Assembly: GCA_011109175.1 (NCBI GenBank)
Contig: RDEW01000016.1
Coordinates: 492,709-556,708, forward strand
Source of the DNA: Dicyema japonicum
Taxonomy: Eukaryota > Animalia > Dicyemida
Reading direction: 5' to 3'
DNA: 64,000 bases
Part shown: positions 60,050 to 64,000 of the stretch, in pieces
Position numbering within the stretch: the stretch's first letter is position 1
How the letters are laid out: each line of letters starts with the position of its first letter
Program-made: the position numbers and the translations under genes
The notes under the pieces: model-generated
Seen by the model: only the letters and a program-made list of their open reading frames with translations
Database searches by the model: none
Told to the model about the DNA's origin: nothing

Positions 60050-62100
60050 AAAGTGCCATTTGAATAAATAATCCAGCAGAAACATCATATCCGAATATTG
60101 ACAGTGACTACAAAATGGTCATTGACAGAATGTCACTGAATAGAAACCTAACCAAGAAGAAAATAAATACCCAAGGGCCACACGATACACATGACAGAGA
60201 AAACTTTACCTAAACGGACGATCATTATAACAAACGAGGGATGACTGCAGGAGATGCCTCGACATGAAGCTGAGCATTGTGGAAACAAATCAACCAATCC
60301 TTAAACTCTGGAAACAACTGCAAGAATCAATACGAGGGGCAGCGGACAAACAGCTCCTATACACAGAAATTGTCAGCACATCACTAAGTGGAACAACTGA
60401 GATATCACTCCTTGTAAAAAAACAAAAATCTATTTGGCTTCAATACTTAACCTGAAGACAAGCATATCAAAGAGGAGCGTAGTCGTGAGAGAACAAATAT
60501 CAAGAAGAAAATCAGAAAATACGTTTCTACTATGTCAAGGAACGACTTGAGGAACAGATCAAGGCACTTGAAGATCTGAAGGACAATGGAAGTACTATGA
60601 GGCGATCAGATTACTCCGTGGGCGCAAACGCAGACACCTCAATAATCATGAACGACGAAAATGGCAGACGGATAGCAGACTCTACAGAATTAATTGCCGG
60701 TCACTTCAAGAAATTGTTTAAGTCAGACAGCAACAGAATTGCAGCATTTATTGTTCATTCCAGGGAATTGGAGGTGGAAATAACTCACGCAGAAGTGTGA
60801 CAAGCCTGTCTTAGCTTAAAAACAACAAAAATTTGGGATCAGACGGGTAGAACCAGAGCTACTAAAGTATGGAAGTGAAAACCTACATACCCTCATGCGG
60901 AATTCTTAATGGAATGTTTAAAAAGAACAACCACTTAGCTCTTGGACAAGAATACTGGTCCTGTCCAAAAACAGAACAAATTTAAGGAAAAGTGGAGACC
61001 TCAGGCCAGTATTATTATAAACGGAAAGTGTGTGCAATTATACTCTACAATGGATAAAGCCTTGTACGGAACAATTTTTATCCGAGTTCCACAGCGGATT
61101 TCAGAAGGAAGGTCGACTTCTGACATTGTGTAGATGGCGTTGTTTCACTACTCAAAGGTTCAAAAACGCGAAAACATTCTTGGAATCGATATGTCAAGAG
61201 CTTTGACTCAATCAATATTAAGAAATTAATGGATGTCCTCACAGAATCCTTGACGAATCTTCTACATGGACGGGGTATTTTTATAAAAACATACTAATAG
61301 GTCAGGGTGTGGGACAAGTGTTCTAAGCAATTTGAAACAACATCTGGGACACCTCAAGGGGATCCGTTATCTCCCATACTATTTGTACTATTTGCCATTT
61401 ATCTGGAAGATGCATTGAGGGTGCTAAAACCATACTACGAAGCAAAAAATCGATGTGGTGGCTTATGCATTTGACGTGGATTTCATCTCTCGACATGAAT
61501 GCCCTGAAAGCCTATAGGAGGTGATGCCAAATAAACTTGCCGAGTGGTTCCTCTGTAAATTTGGAGAAAAAAAGAATTGACTTAACTAGTCAGACAAAAA
61601 TCCAAGCTGGATGAACATTGGAGAAAAGCAAAGAAACTCTGATCGTTATTGGGAGATGAACAAGACGTAATTATGGGGAAACACATGAAAGCAGTGCACT
61701 AGTCAGCTTAAAGCAAAACTGGCTAAAGCGTAATGGATTGAGTACACAAACACGGATACGTTTATACATTCACTGGTGAAGTCAAATTCTCCTCTACAAT
61801 GCCGGAACATGGGAACTCTCTGATACGAAGAATCACAATCTAGACTCGTTCCATAGAGATCAGCTTCGACGTACTCTAGCCTCGACATGGCACTCAAGGC
61901 TCAGAAGCAAATAGTTTATTCCAGGACATCAAGCAAACTTATCCCACTAGAAATAACGGCATGCAGGTGGAGACTATTCGGACACATTCTAAGAATGGAT
62001 TTGGAGGCACCAGCAGACACTGCCATGGATGACTATTTTGAAGCTGACTGACCTCGTTTCAGAGGGCGCATGAGAATTATTCTCCCGGTTACGCTGGATA
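60050..62100 (+). mobile_element. RTE LINE ORF (APE end, RT, C-terminus), heavily decayed
   Basis: SYPNIDSDYKMV, ELLKYGSE, GIDMSRAFDSI, GTPQGDPLSPILF, RWRLFGHILRM. Confidence 0.85.
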
Positions 62101-62219
62101 GCACCAGATCTGTTCATTTGATTATCAATATTCTACTAGTTAAGAGACTCCGTTGCCATAGAATATATGCTGATTAATGCACATTGAAGGGAAGTGCGCC
62201 AATTTGTTTCAGATCGAAG

Positions 62220-62935
62220 ACCTCTAATTATATTAATAAAGGTATTACCTCTCCCTCATGCCTCAGTATCCGTGGACTATAAATTTTCCCAGGGTTTCTG
62301 TTTCCCCAAGGAGATTCCATCAGGAATGTCTGCTTGAGGGTCAGTTCTGGTAGAACTCCATATGGTTTGTTCTCCCTGATCACCCTAGTATGTTCGACCT
62401 ACAGAATGGCAAGATTACTGAAATTATCTATTCAAACATCCGCGACTTTGAGGATTGCCTAATAATTGAGGGGAGTCTGATTTACCTCCCAACAGGGTGC
62501 TCATTCGAGGTAAATATTCTAGTGGGGATATCTTGAAATACTCAGATCTGTGAGGGCTGTGACGGGGTTCATTTACGTTACAGTTCCTGTGGGGGTTGAA
62601 AGTCTTGATTCCCTTGGAAATATTGCCTATGTTGGTGGGGATTTTGTGTATTCTGTTATTTTAACGTTGTAGTCTCATGGGTACTCTATGATAATTTTTG
62701 ACATGTAAATGTCGAATTTAGGAAGATTTGGATGGTCAGAGTTGGAGGTTGTGAGGGGGAGGCTGTTTTTTTACGCCAAAGATGAAGTGTGGTGAATATA
62801 TGACTTCCAACTACAGTGGAAAAACTACGAGTTCAAGTTTTTCTGCTTGTCGGAGACTGCATCAGAAATACCAGAGTTGAAGTTACTAATTAAGAAATTA
62901 CGGAGGAAAAAACGGCTTAAACCTTATTAAATTGG
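62220..62935 (+). CDS. Possible multi-exon host gene, unknown function
   Basis: Protein-like stretches (PDHPSMFDLQNGKITEII..; ..EIPELKLLIKKLRRKKRLKPY*) separated by GT-AG candidates. Confidence 0.2.
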
Positions 62936-63539
62936 CCGGGGAGTATATTATATGGTATCTCCCCGATTACGCATTAATTTATGCTCTGACTTTTGGACAG
63001 TCTTTCAATTTTGAAATATTTATGCTATCCTCAGAGATTGATTTCATTGGGCGGTGAATCTCTGTTTGTCCTCCGTCTTTGTCGGTTTAGAATTTTAGTA
63101 AAACTTTTTGAATCCCCGTGAAACGCCGCGGAATTCTTGAGAGAATTCTTGAATACACCATAAAATGGCGCGAAATACGATGCCTTTTAAGAAACTTCTA
63201 GAATCTTCCATGTTTTCTAGAAATTATGATTTTTGTTGTTAGTTTTTTAAATGTTTGAGATGATAAATAGGAAAATTTATATTAAAATCATCAAATGAGG
63301 TACAGTTTGATAATTTCTCAGAGATGAGATTTGTGGCTTTAATGAGCCATTATTATCTAAAAATAAATTATACTGAATTCAGATGATTTATAACAAAAAT
63401 CGATTGTGATGCCTGAACTTCAAGAGCGGTTTGATCATATTAAGTTTCCTGAGACCCTTTGTCATAACGTTCTTCACATATTTAGAAAATGTCATCAAAG
63501 GGTCAAATCTCACTCCCAGGATAGCTTGACGAATCTGTA

Positions 63540-63930
63540 GTGGTAAGGAGTCTCCATAAATGTTCAAATCCAGTGATGTTTTTCTTTTATGTCCGTAGTG
63601 AAGATTGTATACGTTGATTTATCCCTGGATATGGAAAGACGATTCAACTTCAACCAGCCTCCCAGGTCGTCAATATGTGACTGAAGCTCTAATTTTGCTA
63701 TATCCACGTATTTGTTTCTGCTAGTGATGATTAGGTCGTCAGCATAAGTAAGATGTATTGAATCTAGTCCTCCAGGGAGGATAAATCGTTGAAAAATAAG
63801 TTGAATAACACCGGAGAGAGAGACGATCCTTGAGGGACGCCATTTGGTAGGAGACTGGACCTCGATCTTGCGTGGCCTATACAGACACGTCCTCCTCTTC
63901 CGGAGAGAAAATTGGCTATCCATCTTTCAA
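63540..63930 (-). mobile_element. I-group LINE RT fragment
   Basis: HLTYADDLIITSR..WLKLNRLSISRDKSTYTIF. Confidence 0.8.
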
Positions 63931-64000
63931 ATCCGTCTGAATGGTTGTGTCAAAAACCTTTTCGTGAGTAATGTTCTCGAGACAGAATCGAACGCCTTCT

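Overview
AT-rich eukaryotic genomic DNA with the standard genetic code. Host genes are split by very short GT-AG introns, mostly 21-28 nt, and sit among many degenerate transposons. The intron size and the animal-type genes fit a highly reduced animal parasite such as a dicyemid; this is inference only. Host genes I could rebuild by hand-splicing: POLR1C/RPAC1 (56518-57663 +), DCTN6 (23681-24314 -), an RBM5/RBM10 orthologue (29929-32590 +), RMI1 (~20370-21370 -), a small ATF4-like bZIP (7098-7373 +), two paralogous ubiquitin-like-domain genes (138-1995, 18114-19885), a signal-peptide plus single-TM surface protein (51554-52880 -) and tRNA-Leu(AAG) (37709-37790 -). Repeats include CRE-like RLE retrotransposons with an N-terminal PHD finger, I/Ingi/Jockey-group LINEs (one with a 2A-like DIETNPGP motif), RTE LINEs, a tRNA-derived SINE family, and hAT, Tigger, Merlin and Ginger-like remnants. 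The most unusual observations are the PHD-CRE family, a 5' leader and N-terminal peptide shared by two unrelated retrotransposon types, an in-frame TAG at a conserved Trp of RBM5/10 (which also lacks its G-patch), and an 809-nt intron filled by a 96-nt tandem array that may once have been coding. Many 1-nt frameshifts fall in homopolymers and look like assembly errors, so pseudogene calls are tentative. All family assignments come from motif recognition, not database searches.
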